A DNA stretch of 64,000 bases. Source: Verrucomicrobiales bacterium. Its GTDB lineage: Bacteria > Verrucomicrobiota > Verrucomicrobiia > Verrucomicrobiales > V1-33. The position numbers and the translations under genes are program-made. The stretch is from positions 1 to 64,000 of the forward strand of contig JANOAV010000212.1 in the NCBI GenBank assembly GCA_031411295.1. Direction: 5' to 3'. This document shows, in pieces, positions 18,080-27,733 of the stretch. Below the pieces are notes generated by a model. The model saw only the letters and a list, made by a program, of their open reading frames with translations, did not search any database and was not told the DNA's origin. How positions within the stretch are numbered: position 1 is the first letter of the stretch; each line of letters starts with the position of its first letter.

Positions 18080-19399
18080 TCACACGGAATCTGCCATTTC
18101 GAGCAAGCGCGCCACGATTTTGGGGCCATCCAGCCCGAGGCCGTTGTGTTCCCATTCGTTGGTGATCCATTGGGCGAAGCGGGGGATGTGGCGGGCGGTT
18201 TCTTCGGACCATGCGATGGGCACATACATGTCGGCATGATAGGACACGGCGGCTATGGGAACTTCATTGCGGGCGAGTTGCGCTAAATCGTAGAGTGGGC
18301 TCCAATCGGATTTTTCTGCTAGCAATTCCGCGCACTCGCGCAGCGGTGAGAGCACGGGATAGTCGTCCAGCATGGTGGGCGAGATCATTTCCCCAGTGAA
18401 TATGAGCCGCTGGTCCGGTGAGATTTCCACGGCTGGAAACTCGCTGCGCAGGCGCTCGGCAGCCCAGCGCGTGGCGTAGCCTTCGGCGTAAATGCTTTCG
18501 TGCAGGATGCAGAAGATGGGGTTGGTCTCGTAAGGCAGTTGGCGATCGCAGGCTGCGAGAAAAGTGTAACTTAGTTCGTTAGTGCGCGCTCCGCCGATGA
18601 ACGCTTCCTCCAACAAATAATGCAGGCGTTCATAGGAGCCGCTCATGCCGAAATCCAATCCCAACTGTTGAAACCGTCGGACTGTGAGCGGACGACCACT
18701 GGGGAGTAAGGGGGATTTCTCCAATGCCAGCAGGACCTTACGAATGACCGCTTCGTCCTCGGGATAGCGTTCGTAGAACTGGCGATTCTTCTCCAGAACT
18801 TTGCCGTAGGTGAGACGATAATTTTCATCAATATGCCGCTTCACGCAAGCGACCCCACCCGTGATCAGGACCTTGGCCAATCCTTCGGGATAGAAGGAAA
18901 GATAGGTCAGCAGGATGAATCCACCGTAGCTCTGTCCCAGCCCAACCCACTGCCCGCCCGGAGGCAACAACGTCAAACGAATGGCCTCAGCATCCCGCAC
19001 GATATTGTCCGCCCGAAAGTGTGTTAGATAATCCGCCTGCGCCTGACCACTGCCGTGGACAGTGAGTGATTGCGGCAGCACTTTGGTGCTGAGTCCATTT
19101 CCGCGCTGATCCAACAGCAGGACCCGATGGCCCTTCAAGAGTTCGCCCAACCACCCGCTCTTCGTCGAAGGTCGGGGCGAAGCAAAGCCGGGACCGCCTT
19201 GGAAAAAGATGGCCCAGGGCAATTTCTCATTGGAGTCTGAACCTGCCGCCACCACTTCCCGTCCGAAGACCTGGATCTTGGGGCCGGTGGGCTTGGAGTA
19301 GTCCAACGGCACTTCGAAAAAGCGATCCTGCAAAATCATACCTTCAAAACGACGCGTGGCACCCAGTGACATGGCTGCGGGTTGGATGGGGAGTTTCAT
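18080..19399 (-). CDS. pip: prolyl aminopeptidase (S33 alpha/beta hydrolase)
   Basis: FQGGPG, LLDQRGNGLS, FRADNIVRDAE, GQSYGG, DMYV and EHNGL. Start codon uncertain (19399 or 19372). Confidence 0.9.
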   Translation of the reverse strand: MKLPIQPAAMSLGATRRFEGMILQDRFFEVPLDYSKPTGPKIQVFGREVVAAGSDSNEKLPWAIFFQGGPGFASPRPSTKSGWLGELLKGHRVLLLDQRGNGLSTKVLPQSLTVHGSGQAQADYLTHFRADNIVRDAEAIRLTLLPPGGQWVGLGQSYGGFILLTYLSFYPEGLAKVLITGGVACVKRHIDENYRLTYGKVLEKNRQFYERYPEDEAVIRKVLLALEKSPLLPSGRPLTVRRFQQLGLDFGMSGSYERLHYLLEEAFIGGARTNELSYTFLAACDRQLPYETNPIFCILHESIYAEGYATRWAAERLRSEFPAVEISPDQRLIFTGEMISPTMLDDYPVLSPLRECAELLAEKSDWSPLYDLAQLARNEVPIAAVSYHADMYVPIAWSEETARHIPRFAQWITNEWEHNGLGLDGPKIVARLLEMADSV

Positions 19400-19550
19400 A
19401 AGCCGGGAGGATTTCCCATGCCGCCGTGAAATGCAATCGCGGAGACGCAAGTGATGTTCTGGTTCAGCCGTGGTGCCTGATGCTAGGAGACCAACCCCTC
19501 GCCACATCTATTCTGCGTGCCCTCCACAGCTTGGGCCAAGGGGGCCGATC

Positions 19551-19725
19551 ACGACTCTGATGGCAAATCCAGCCAGGTGAACTGGGGAACCTGCTCCTGC
19601 AGCACCAATTCGCGCAACGCCAGCCCTCGGCTAGCATGATCCAGAATAAGCGCATCGGATGATACCAAGATGGCGTGGTTCCGGGCGATTAATTCGCGAT
19701 CGGGATTGAGCGCCACCTCGACTTG
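19551..19725 (-). pseudogene. C-terminal remnant resembling DUF434/DUF5616 proteins
   Basis: Hand translation QVEVALNPDRELIARNHAILVSSDALILDHASRGLALRELVLQEQVPQFTWLDLPSES*, preceded by an in-frame TAG. Confidence 0.5.
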
Positions 19726-20259
19726 CTAGGGCCAGCTCATGGAAAACCTGCGCCGAGAGCGCCGCAATCTCCTCCACCACCTCTTCCAAACCACCATCGA
19801 CGCCTTCCGCACCCGACTCCACCTCCCCCACAGACGCATCGCTGCCGCCGCAGCACCCTCCAACTTTACACATGGATTACCTATGTCCAGACCGACCCCT
19901 CCCGCCGCCAGAACCGCCATTCTACATCGACACCTTCGAACTCTGGGACCAGAGCCCCGACCAAGGCACCGACCAAACTTGGAAGGCCCCAGAAATTGAC
20001 CTCGGAGACGGACGCACGCTCGTCCAAAAATCCGCTTAAGCGGAGGAAGCTACCGAAGGAACCCCACAAACATCCGCCGCCAAGAAAAAATCTTGGCACC
20101 GCGGAGCAGGAGAGCTATGCTCATGAGAATAAGAAATCCACTATGAACCACCCCGTCCTCCCATGCAAAACACCATTATTGACCCCGCGAAGGACGGGCA
20201 CACCTCTGACTCATCCTTTTTCCTTCATAAATCATCCTTCCAACACCCCTCTCTCCCTC

Positions 20260-20328
20260 CAGACCCCCTCTCTCCCCGATTGTGATTCCCCGTCCAACGC
20301 CCCCCTGAAAAAGCAAATTCCTATCAGA
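20260..20328 (+). repeat. ~70-bp direct repeat copy 1 (IS91/ISCR oriIS-like end)
   Basis: CAGACCCCC...TCCAACGCCCCCCTGAAAAAGCAAATTCCTATCAGA; second copy at 21543-21611. Confidence 0.75.
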
Positions 20329-20340
20329 CATGACTGCCGT

Positions 20341-21204
20341 GTGGCCTCATCATTCTTACAGGGGGTCACCGCCGCATTTGTGATGCTCTCGGTGGTCATC
20401 ACCGGGATGGCGCAAAGTATTAACGATGAAACTGGCCTGACGTTTTATGGGTGGTCGGATCAGCACGTCCAGGCGAGCGGAGACGCCTCGCATGTGATTC
20501 CGGTCGTCGATGCGATGAACGTTATGGAAGGGACGTCGTATCCCGAAAAAGTCGGCGGCAAGGTCGCCCGTCCACAGTTTGTGCTCGGTGCAGGCGACAT
20601 TACGGAATGGCCCACGATCGCTGCGATGAAAACCTATGACGATCTCCTAAAAATCCGGCTAAAGATTCGAGCCTACGATGTGATCGGCAATCATGACGAC
20701 GGCGGCCTGGTGCCATCCGAAACCATGAAGAAGTGGGCCATCGCACGGCACGGAGGGTTGAGCTACACGTTTGACGCGGGCGGCGTGCATTTCGTCATGC
20801 TGTGGTCTGCTTTCGATGCGAGCAAAGAACCGGCACAACCGCTCACGACGGAGTCGCTCGATTACCTCCGCAAAGAGCTCGCCAAAGCCCCGAAAGACGC
20901 TCCCATTATCATTGCCACGCATCTCTGCCATGATGCCATCGTCAACAAGGACGCTCTCATCGATGCAATCGGCACCGCCAAGGTGATCCTGATTCTAGGT
21001 GGGCACTATCATTTTGCGAGCGTTCAGGAGTATCGAGGGTTTCGCTTCGTCCAACTGCCTTCACCGAAGTCTGAGTGGACCGAGTTTACTGTGTTACGGA
21101 TCACACCCGACCGTCTGATTGCACTTCCTTATGACTTCGTGAAGCGGGCGTGGGCAACGGAGCCGAGGAAGATTTTGGATATTCCGGTGAAACCATTGCG
21201 GTAG
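20341..21204 (+). CDS. calcineurin-like metallophosphoesterase
   Basis: SDQH, GDIT, GNHD, ATH and GGHYH motifs with a signal-like segment. Start at 20341 or 20383. Confidence 0.88.
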   Translation: MASSFLQGVTAAFVMLSVVITGMAQSINDETGLTFYGWSDQHVQASGDASHVIPVVDAMNVMEGTSYPEKVGGKVARPQFVLGAGDITEWPTIAAMKTYDDLLKIRLKIRAYDVIGNHDDGGLVPSETMKKWAIARHGGLSYTFDAGGVHFVMLWSAFDASKEPAQPLTTESLDYLRKELAKAPKDAPIIIATHLCHDAIVNKDALIDAIGTAKVILILGGHYHFASVQEYRGFRFVQLPSPKSEWTEFTVLRITPDRLIALPYDFVKRAWATEPRKILDIPVKPLR

Positions 21205-21540
21205 GATTTCGTGGTGCCGTTCACGAGAGCGTGCAGTCCCAGGTTGTAGCACTTCCTCCCCAGCGCGTAGTGAGCCTTGTTCAAGTCGATAGGCTTCAGC
21301 TTTTCGATACTAGTTTTCAGGGCAGCGGAATGACTGCCGCGCTTGGCCTCTCCAAATGCTGCCTTCCCCAATCCCACAAGTTGCGAACCGAATGATGCAT
21401 GCGGCTCCACCCTTGCCTCATTTTCCTGTGGGATTGTCGGAGCCGGTAATGGTGTCGGTGTCTCGCTGCTCTGTGCAGCCGCCTGCTCTTGAAACCGGCA
21501 CTCGACCGATCCGAAGGCGATTGCGATCGAATCACCCTCA
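21205..21540 (-). pseudogene. truncated gene remnant with the C-terminal strands of an FHA-like domain
   Basis: GDSIAIAFGSVECRF then a Pro-rich linker and helical region. Its 5' end abuts repeat copy 2 and there is no credible start. Confidence 0.4.
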
Positions 21541-21542
21541 AA

Positions 21543-21611
21543 CAGACCCCCTTCACTCCCCGATTCCGATCCCCAATCCAACGCCCCCTGAAAAAGCAAA
21601 TTCCTATCAGA
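21543..21611 (+). repeat. ~70-bp direct repeat copy 2 (IS91/ISCR oriIS-like end)
   Basis: CAGACCCCC...TCCAACGCCCCCTGAAAAAGCAAATTCCTATCAGA. Confidence 0.75.
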
Positions 21612-21667
21612 TATTTCTAGGAACATTGGGTATTGCCAACTGCGGGGAAATCCGGTTCACTCGCACC

Positions 21668-22330
21668 ATGAACCCGTTCAATATTTATGTCCCCCGTCGT
21701 GTCTTCATGCAAAAACTGGCTGCCCTGAGCGCGCTCTCTGCGGTGCCTGGTGCTTTTGCGGAGGCGTTGCAATTGACACCTGCGCAGACCGAGGGGCCGT
21801 TCTATCCGGATCATCTGCCCTTGGATACGGACAATGATTTGGTGCGCATCAATGATGGCACTACTCCCGCCTTGGGGGAAGTCACGTGGCTCTCAGGCAG
21901 GCTGCTCAATGCCCAAGGGGAACCGATTCGCAATGCGTTGATCGAGATTTGGCAGGTGGACCACAACGGGGTTTATATTCACAGTAAGAGTAACCGCTCC
22001 GACAAGCATGACCAAAATTTCCAAGGGTTCGGCCGTTTCCTAACCGGCAGCACCGGGGAGTATTTGTTCCGCACCATCAAGCCGGTATCGTATCCTGGTC
22101 GCGCGCCGCACATCCATGTGGCCGTCAAGACCAAGGGCCGTGAGAAATTTACCACGCAGTGTTACATCAAGGGCGAGGCGCAAAATGAAACGGACGGGGT
22201 CATCAAAGGCATCAAGGATCCCAAAGCGCGCGATTCTTGCATTGTGGAGTTTGCCCCCTTGAAGGGTTCCAAAGCAGGCGAGCTGACGGCCAAGTTCGAC
22301 ATCGTGCTGGGCTTCACGCCGGAAGCGTAG
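21668..22330 (+). CDS. intradiol ring-cleavage dioxygenase family protein, Tat-exported
   Basis: PRRVFM Tat motif, TPAQTEGPFYP, IEIWQVDHNGVY, FRTIKPVSYPGRAPHIH. Confidence 0.9.
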   Translation: MNPFNIYVPRRVFMQKLAALSALSAVPGAFAEALQLTPAQTEGPFYPDHLPLDTDNDLVRINDGTTPALGEVTWLSGRLLNAQGEPIRNALIEIWQVDHNGVYIHSKSNRSDKHDQNFQGFGRFLTGSTGEYLFRTIKPVSYPGRAPHIHVAVKTKGREKFTTQCYIKGEAQNETDGVIKGIKDPKARDSCIVEFAPLKGSKAGELTAKFDIVLGFTPEA

Positions 22331-22362
22331 GATTGGCAACGGCTCGCTCCTCCACAAAGAAG

Positions 22363-22395
22363 CACCCCAGAAACGGGGCTAGCGTTTCTGGGGTG
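22363..22395. terminator. intrinsic terminator between convergent genes
   Basis: 13-bp stem CACCCCAGAAACG / CGTTTCTGGGGTG with a 7-nt loop. Confidence 0.75.
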
Positions 22396-22417
22396 GTCAG
22401 GTTTTTGGTGTGGTGGG

Positions 22418-22867
22418 TTAATTGACGCGGACTTCAATTTGCTTCGGCTGCACCTCAGCGCGTTTGGCGATGCTGACGGTTAGGACGCCGTTCTTATAGT
22501 CGGCGTTGACTTGCTCCGGATCGGCATTTTTCGGCAACGAGAAGCTGCGGGAGAAACTGCCGTAGGTGCGCTCCTGAAGGTGGATTTTGGCCGTGGGTGT
22601 CTCCGTGTCGGTGATCACCGGGGCGGGTTTGCGCTCGCCTTTGATGGAGAGCACATTTTCGTGCACGGTGACTTTGACGTCCGCGGAGTTGATGTCCGGA
22701 AGATCCAGTTTCACCAGATAGGCGGCGTCGGTTTCTGCTACTTCGGCCAGCGGGGACCAATTCTGAACCGCAGGACGCGAGTCATTGAAAAGGGTTTCGG
22801 CCAAGCGGAAGAGGCGGTTGGGATGGAAGTTAGCGCTGAGGGCGGGGGAACAGGTGGTTGCATTCAT
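22418..22867 (-). CDS. Hsp20/alpha-crystallin small heat-shock protein
   Basis: WSPLAEVAET, DLPDI, LSIKGERK, ERTYGSFSRSFSLP and A.YKNGVLTV.I.K. Confidence 0.95.
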   Translation of the reverse strand: MNATTCSPALSANFHPNRLFRLAETLFNDSRPAVQNWSPLAEVAETDAAYLVKLDLPDINSADVKVTVHENVLSIKGERKPAPVITDTETPTAKIHLQERTYGSFSRSFSLPKNADPEQVNADYKNGVLTVSIAKRAEVQPKQIEVRVN

Positions 22868-22942
22868 GGGTGTTTTAGTTTGGTGGTTTGGTTGGTTATT
22901 GATTCTTGACGGATTCAGCTCCGTTTGCTGTAGGTTATTGTA

Positions 22943-22957
22943 GCGTAAATTGTGCCA
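22943..22957 (-). promoter_or_regulatory. candidate sigma-54 (-24/-12) promoter of hsp20
   Basis: Minus strand reads TGGCACAATTTACGC (GG-N10-GC), 75 nt upstream of the ATG. Confidence 0.55.
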
Positions 22958-23223
22958 CGATCGTTTTCGGAATCCTTATCCATTCACAGTCAATGAGTTA
23001 TGAAAATGTGTAGTTCTTCGTCGGTATTGAGGCCGGCATTATAATGAGTCAAATAGACTCGGATTATCCTGTTCTTGCGCAGCAAAATGGTGTCAAAGTG
23101 ACGCGCATACCGGCTGCGGAAATCTTTCTCGTTTGCTGGTTGCTGGAACGGCTTAACGGGGCAAATTGAACGACGCGGAAATTTCATTTCTAGAGGAAAC
23201 AGATCGCGTGGAATCCTTCCTTC

Positions 23224-24015
23224 ATGGCAACCTTCCTGCAATACATCGGACGTCTTGTGATCGGCTTTTGCTCCTACTTGGGGGCCTTGGCGGGTTTGGC
23301 TAGTGATGCCGTGGTCTCCATGATTCGTTACCCGATCCGCTGGCGCTTGGTGGGTCAGCAAATTCTGGCGATTGGGTTTGGCTCGCAACTGGTGGTCATT
23401 GTGACGGGTGCGTTTACGGGAGCGGTTTTTGCGGCTCAGGTCTATTTGAAGTTTAACGAATTGGGTCTGAGTTCATCGGTGGGCACGTTGGTATCTCTGG
23501 CGATGTGCCGGGAGTTAGGACCGGTGTTGACGGCGGTAATGCTGACAGGTCGCGTGGGTGCCGGGATGGCCGCTGAAATCGGGACGATGAAGGTGACTGA
23601 GCAAGTGGACGCTCTGCGCGCCATGGCGGTAAATCCGGTGGATTACTTGGTCACGCCACGTCTGCTGGCAATGGTCATTTCTGTGCCGCTGCTGATCGCG
23701 GAATCCATCACCTTCGGCATTCTGGCTTCCTATCTTATCGTGGTGAAACTATATAAAATTGAGTGGGCTTTCTACAATCGACAGTTGGTGGATCACACGG
23801 AGATGGGTGACATGCTCTTCGGGATGACGAAGGGGTTTGTCTTCGGGGTCTGCATCGTGCTGATCTCCTGTCACCAGGGCTTGAACGTTCGCGGCGGTTC
23901 GTTGGGCGTGGGGCGCGCCACCAATGCGGCGGTGGTCTTCAGCTCGCTGGCCATTCTGGTGGTCAACTTTTTCCTCACATTGGGACTCAATTACATCTGG
24001 CCCATCAGCAATTAG
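23224..24015 (+). CDS. mlaE: MlaE-family ABC permease
   Basis: RELGPVLTA, GRVGAGMAAEIGTMKVTEQVDAL, P..YLV.PR and GVGRATNAAVV. Confidence 0.93.
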   Translation: MATFLQYIGRLVIGFCSYLGALAGLASDAVVSMIRYPIRWRLVGQQILAIGFGSQLVVIVTGAFTGAVFAAQVYLKFNELGLSSSVGTLVSLAMCRELGPVLTAVMLTGRVGAGMAAEIGTMKVTEQVDALRAMAVNPVDYLVTPRLLAMVISVPLLIAESITFGILASYLIVVKLYKIEWAFYNRQLVDHTEMGDMLFGMTKGFVFGVCIVLISCHQGLNVRGGSLGVGRATNAAVVFSSLAILVVNFFLTLGLNYIWPISN

Positions 24016-24017
24016 CC

Positions 24018-24779
24018 ATGAGTGCGACTCCGGATAATTTCATCGAAATCAGCGGCCTGCGCAAACGCCTGGGCAACAACGACGTGCTGCAGGGAATCGA
24101 TCTCCAAGTCAAGCGGGGCGAAAGTTTCGTGATCATTGGCGGCAGCGGCCAGGGCAAGAGTGTGCTCTTGAAGCATCTGGCCGGATTGATGGCACCAGAT
24201 GCGGGTTCGTTGAAAATCGACGGTGAGGAAATTGCCGGACTAAGCGAACGAAAGTTGGCGAATGCCCGGAGGAAATTAGGCCTGCTCTTTCAAGACGGGG
24301 CGCTCTTTGGATCACTTTCCGTGTGGGAAAATGTGGCTTTTCCGATTTTTGAAACAGGCATCAAGGATCTCCAGAAAGTGGATGCGCTGGTGATGGAAGC
24401 ACTTGAAGCGGTGGGGCTTGGAGCCCATGGAGACAAGCTCCCGGGGGATCTCAGCGGCGGCATGAGAAAGCGGGCCGGATTGGCCCGGGCGATCGTGACG
24501 AAACCGCAGTGCATATTGTATGATGAGCCAACCTCAGGGTTGGATCCCGTGCTGTCGGATGCGATTGACCGACTGACGGTGAAGATCCAGCAACAGTATC
24601 ACACCACTGCTGTGATCGTGACCCACAACATGAAGAGTGTATTTACGGTGGCGGATCGAGTGGCGTTTCTGCGGCAGGGGAAAATTGCCTTTCTGGGCAC
24701 CCCCGAGGAGCTGAAGCAATCGCAGGACCAAAGCCTCCACGACTTTGTCGAAGGGCACTCTGCGGAGCAGGATTTGTAA
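24018..24779 (+). CDS. mlaF: MlaF-family ABC ATPase
   Basis: GGSGQGKS, FQDGALF, LSGGMRKR and LYDEPTSGLDP. Adjacent to mlaE. Confidence 0.9.
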   Translation: MSATPDNFIEISGLRKRLGNNDVLQGIDLQVKRGESFVIIGGSGQGKSVLLKHLAGLMAPDAGSLKIDGEEIAGLSERKLANARRKLGLLFQDGALFGSLSVWENVAFPIFETGIKDLQKVDALVMEALEAVGLGAHGDKLPGDLSGGMRKRAGLARAIVTKPQCILYDEPTSGLDPVLSDAIDRLTVKIQQQYHTTAVIVTHNMKSVFTVADRVAFLRQGKIAFLGTPEELKQSQDQSLHDFVEGHSAEQDL

Positions 24780-24799
24780 GCTTGCAGGCGGGGAAAATT

Positions 24800-25411
24800 T
24801 CAGGTCGGGGAGACGCGCTCGTTAACTGAATTCTGGATCGCCCGCAGCAGTCCATCCTTGAGCCCGTAGATCCAGCCATGGACGGTCACGTCCTGCCCTC
24901 GATCCCAAGCATTCTGCACCACGGTGGTCCGCGCCACGTTGACGACTTGCTCTTGCACATTGAGTTCGCACAACCGCGTGACCCGTTCGGCTTCCGTATC
25001 GAGAGCATCCACTTCGGCACGATGCATTTGATAGACGTCCTGCACGTGACGCAGCCAATTGTCGATCAGCCCGAACTTGCGGTTCTGCAAGGCGGCCTGC
25101 ACGCCGCCGCAGCCATAGTGGCCGCAGATGATGATATGCTTCACTTTGAGCACATCCACGGCGTATTGCATGACGGAGAGGCAATTCAAATCCGAATGCA
25201 CCACCAGATTGGCCACGTTGCGGTGCACAAAGAGTTCGCCCGGCATTAAATTAACGATTTCATTGGCCGGGACCCGGCTATCGCTACAGCCGATCCAGAG
25301 GTATTCCGGGCTCTGCTGGTTGGAAAGTTTGCGGAAGAAACCTGGGTCGCGCGCTTCGATATCTGCGGCCCATTGGCGGTTGTTTTCAAATAAGTTGGGG
25401 AGTGTGTCCAT
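24800..25411 (-). CDS. can: beta-class carbonic anhydrase
   Basis: WIGCSDSRVP, ELFVHRNVAN, GHYGCGG and LIDNWL. Confidence 0.96.
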   Translation of the reverse strand: MDTLPNLFENNRQWAADIEARDPGFFRKLSNQQSPEYLWIGCSDSRVPANEIVNLMPGELFVHRNVANLVVHSDLNCLSVMQYAVDVLKVKHIIICGHYGCGGVQAALQNRKFGLIDNWLRHVQDVYQMHRAEVDALDTEAERVTRLCELNVQEQVVNVARTTVVQNAWDRGQDVTVHGWIYGLKDGLLRAIQNSVNERVSPT

Positions 25412-25528
25412 GGAGATAACTACAAGCAGCGGATCATCGGGTCCGTCAATTTTTTTCGGTGGTTTGGAACGGTCCCACTCCCCCGAAGTTCCGTTGCATT
25501 GAAAGCGGGCCCCAAGCCACCCTCAGAA

Positions 25529-27499
25529 TCATATTTCCACCTGCTGGCCGAGTTCGATGACTTGGCCGATGGGGATTTGGAAATAAGTGGCGGGTTGTTG
25601 GGCGATCTTGCTGGCAAAGCCGAAGAGATGCTCGCGCCAGCGGGCCATGCCGGGTTTGTCGCTGGAGACGATGATTTCCCGACCAAGGAAGAAGGTGGAA
25701 TTATCTGCGGAAACGTCCAAGCCATGAACCTTGCAGCGACGCAGGAGGCGGGGGACTTGCGGTTTTTGCATGAAGCCATAACGCCCGGTGATGCGCCAGA
25801 AGCCTTTGCCCAAGTCCTCTACGTCCACCCGTTTGCTGGGCAAGACGTAGGGTTGATCCTCGACGATCAGAGTCATGAAAATGACGCGTTCATGCAGCAC
25901 TCGATTGTGCTTCAGGTTATGCAGCAAGGCCACGGGAGTGCGGCCCAAGCTGCTGCCCATGAAGATCGCGGTGCCGCCGACTCGCACGGGAGGGCGTCGA
26001 TCGAGGCTCTCGATCAACATTTCGTGCGGCAGGCCAGATTCCTCCAGTTTCTTGCCGACGAGAGTGCGCCCAGTTTTCCACGTCGTCATGACGGTAAACA
26101 TCGCCACGGCAATGACGATGGGGAACCAGCCTCCTTCAAGGAATTTAGGGCCATTGGCCACGAGGAACATGCCTTCGAAAAATAGCATCAGCAAGGAAAA
26201 CGCCAGCGCTTTCGGGCGGGACCATTTCCATAGTTTCACTGCGACAAAGCCGATCAGCGTGCTCGTGACCATCATGGTCATGGTAACGGCAATCCCGTAA
26301 GCTGCGGCCAGATTGGAGGATTTCTTAAACGCGAGCACCAGGCTGATACAGACCAGCATTAACATCCAATTGACGAGCGGAATGTAGATTTGGCCGCGAG
26401 CGTGTTCCGAGGTATGGCGGATGGTCGTCCGCGGCAGGTAGCCCATTTGGATGGCGCTCAGAGTTAAGGAGAACGTGCCGGTAATCAGCGCTTGCGAGGC
26501 GATGACGGTGGCTGCAGTGGCCAGCAAGACCAAGGGCAGCAGCGCCCATTGGGGGGCCAAATTAAAGAACGGACTGCTGGCTGCGGAGGGATCGCGCAGG
26601 AGGAGCGCGCCCTGCCCCAGATAATTTAGAAACAAGGCGGGAAAGGCAATCGTGAACCAACCGATCCGAATCGGTCGGGCCCCGAAGTGCCCCATATCGG
26701 CATACATCGATTCACATCCGGTAACGCACAGGACCACGGATCCCAAGATCAGGAAATGGTGCCAGCCACCGTCCAGCAGGAAATGCACGCCGAGCATGGG
26801 GTTGAACGCTTCGAGAATGCCGGGAGCTTGCACAATGTTGTAAATGCCCAACGCGGAGATGGCGAGGAACCATACGGAGGTGACGGGGCCGAAAAATTTC
26901 CCCACCTTGTCGGTGCCGAGGAATTGCATGGCGAACAAGCCGATGAGAATCGCCACGGTAATCAGAATGGTGATCGTCTGCACTTTATGTTTCCAAGCAT
27001 CGAGTGCCAGAGCTTCCGTTGGCATGATGCCAAAGAGGTGGGCTTCTTTCAATCCTTCCACTGCACTGAGAACAGAAATGGCAGGAGTAATCATCCCATC
27101 ACCAAAGAGGAGGGCGGCCCCGAAAATGCCGAGTAAGAGAATGGTGCTTCTCTTGCGTCCTGCGGCCTCGTTGTGACTGGCTAGGGCCAGCATGGAGAGC
27201 ACACCGCCTTCTCCTTTGTTATCGGCCCGGAGCACATATACTAAATATTTCAAGCAGACGAGAATCAGGAGGGACCAGATGACGAGAGAAATCACCCCCA
27301 GCACGTGGGGAGAGGTGGCGGCTACAGCATGGACGCTCTCCGGGCTGAAACATTCCTTCACGGCGTAAAGCGGACTGGTGCCGATGTCCCCGAAGACAAC
27401 TCCCAAAGCGGCAAAGACCAGCGTGCCAGTGGAAAGCTTATGCAAGCCGTGGTTTTCCTCTTTGTGCAGGGCTTGCGTAGCAGTGGGATCGTCGTTCAT
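25529..27499 (-). CDS. kup: KUP/HAK/KT potassium transporter
   Basis: GVVFGDIGTSPLY, ADNKGEGG, GDGMITPAISVLSAVEG, YADMGHFG and GQIYIP. Confidence 0.97.
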   Translation of the reverse strand: MNDDPTATQALHKEENHGLHKLSTGTLVFAALGVVFGDIGTSPLYAVKECFSPESVHAVAATSPHVLGVISLVIWSLLILVCLKYLVYVLRADNKGEGGVLSMLALASHNEAAGRKRSTILLLGIFGAALLFGDGMITPAISVLSAVEGLKEAHLFGIMPTEALALDAWKHKVQTITILITVAILIGLFAMQFLGTDKVGKFFGPVTSVWFLAISALGIYNIVQAPGILEAFNPMLGVHFLLDGGWHHFLILGSVVLCVTGCESMYADMGHFGARPIRIGWFTIAFPALFLNYLGQGALLLRDPSAASSPFFNLAPQWALLPLVLLATAATVIASQALITGTFSLTLSAIQMGYLPRTTIRHTSEHARGQIYIPLVNWMLMLVCISLVLAFKKSSNLAAAYGIAVTMTMMVTSTLIGFVAVKLWKWSRPKALAFSLLMLFFEGMFLVANGPKFLEGGWFPIVIAVAMFTVMTTWKTGRTLVGKKLEESGLPHEMLIESLDRRPPVRVGGTAIFMGSSLGRTPVALLHNLKHNRVLHERVIFMTLIVEDQPYVLPSKRVDVEDLGKGFWRITGRYGFMQKPQVPRLLRRCKVHGLDVSADNSTFFLGREIIVSSDKPGMARWREHLFGFASKIAQQPATYFQIPIGQVIELGQQVEI

Positions 27500-27664
27500 G
27501 GAGGTTAGGGTAAGCGCTGCTCAGAGTGAGTAACCAAGGCGGCAGCTTGGGCGGACAGAATCAAGGAGAGCGTGCCGAGTCTAGACACATGACTCCAGTC
27601 CGCGCAAGTGCTCGCACACCTCGTTTTTCCTCACTAGAAGTGACGCGGCACAGCGCATTCAAAA

Positions 27665-27726
27665 GAATGTGGATCAGCCCGCTGGGCTGATCCAGAATGA
27701 GCAGCCCAGCGGGCTGCTCCACATTC
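27665..27726. repeat. GTGG-type REP pair
   Basis: 28-bp inverted arms (27665-27692 and 27699-27726), each itself a hairpin. Confidence 0.8.
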
Positions 27727-27733
27727 GAAATGC

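Noticed and set aside
19723..20340. 206-aa Pro/His-rich N-terminal extension of the phosphoesterase ORF
   Set aside because: Low-complexity read-through of scar DNA that includes the 70-bp repeat; the signal-like segment only starts near 20341.
27500..27660. Riboswitch (e.g. c-di-AMP) upstream of kup
   Set aside because: No ydaO-type conserved motifs or terminator recognisable by eye.
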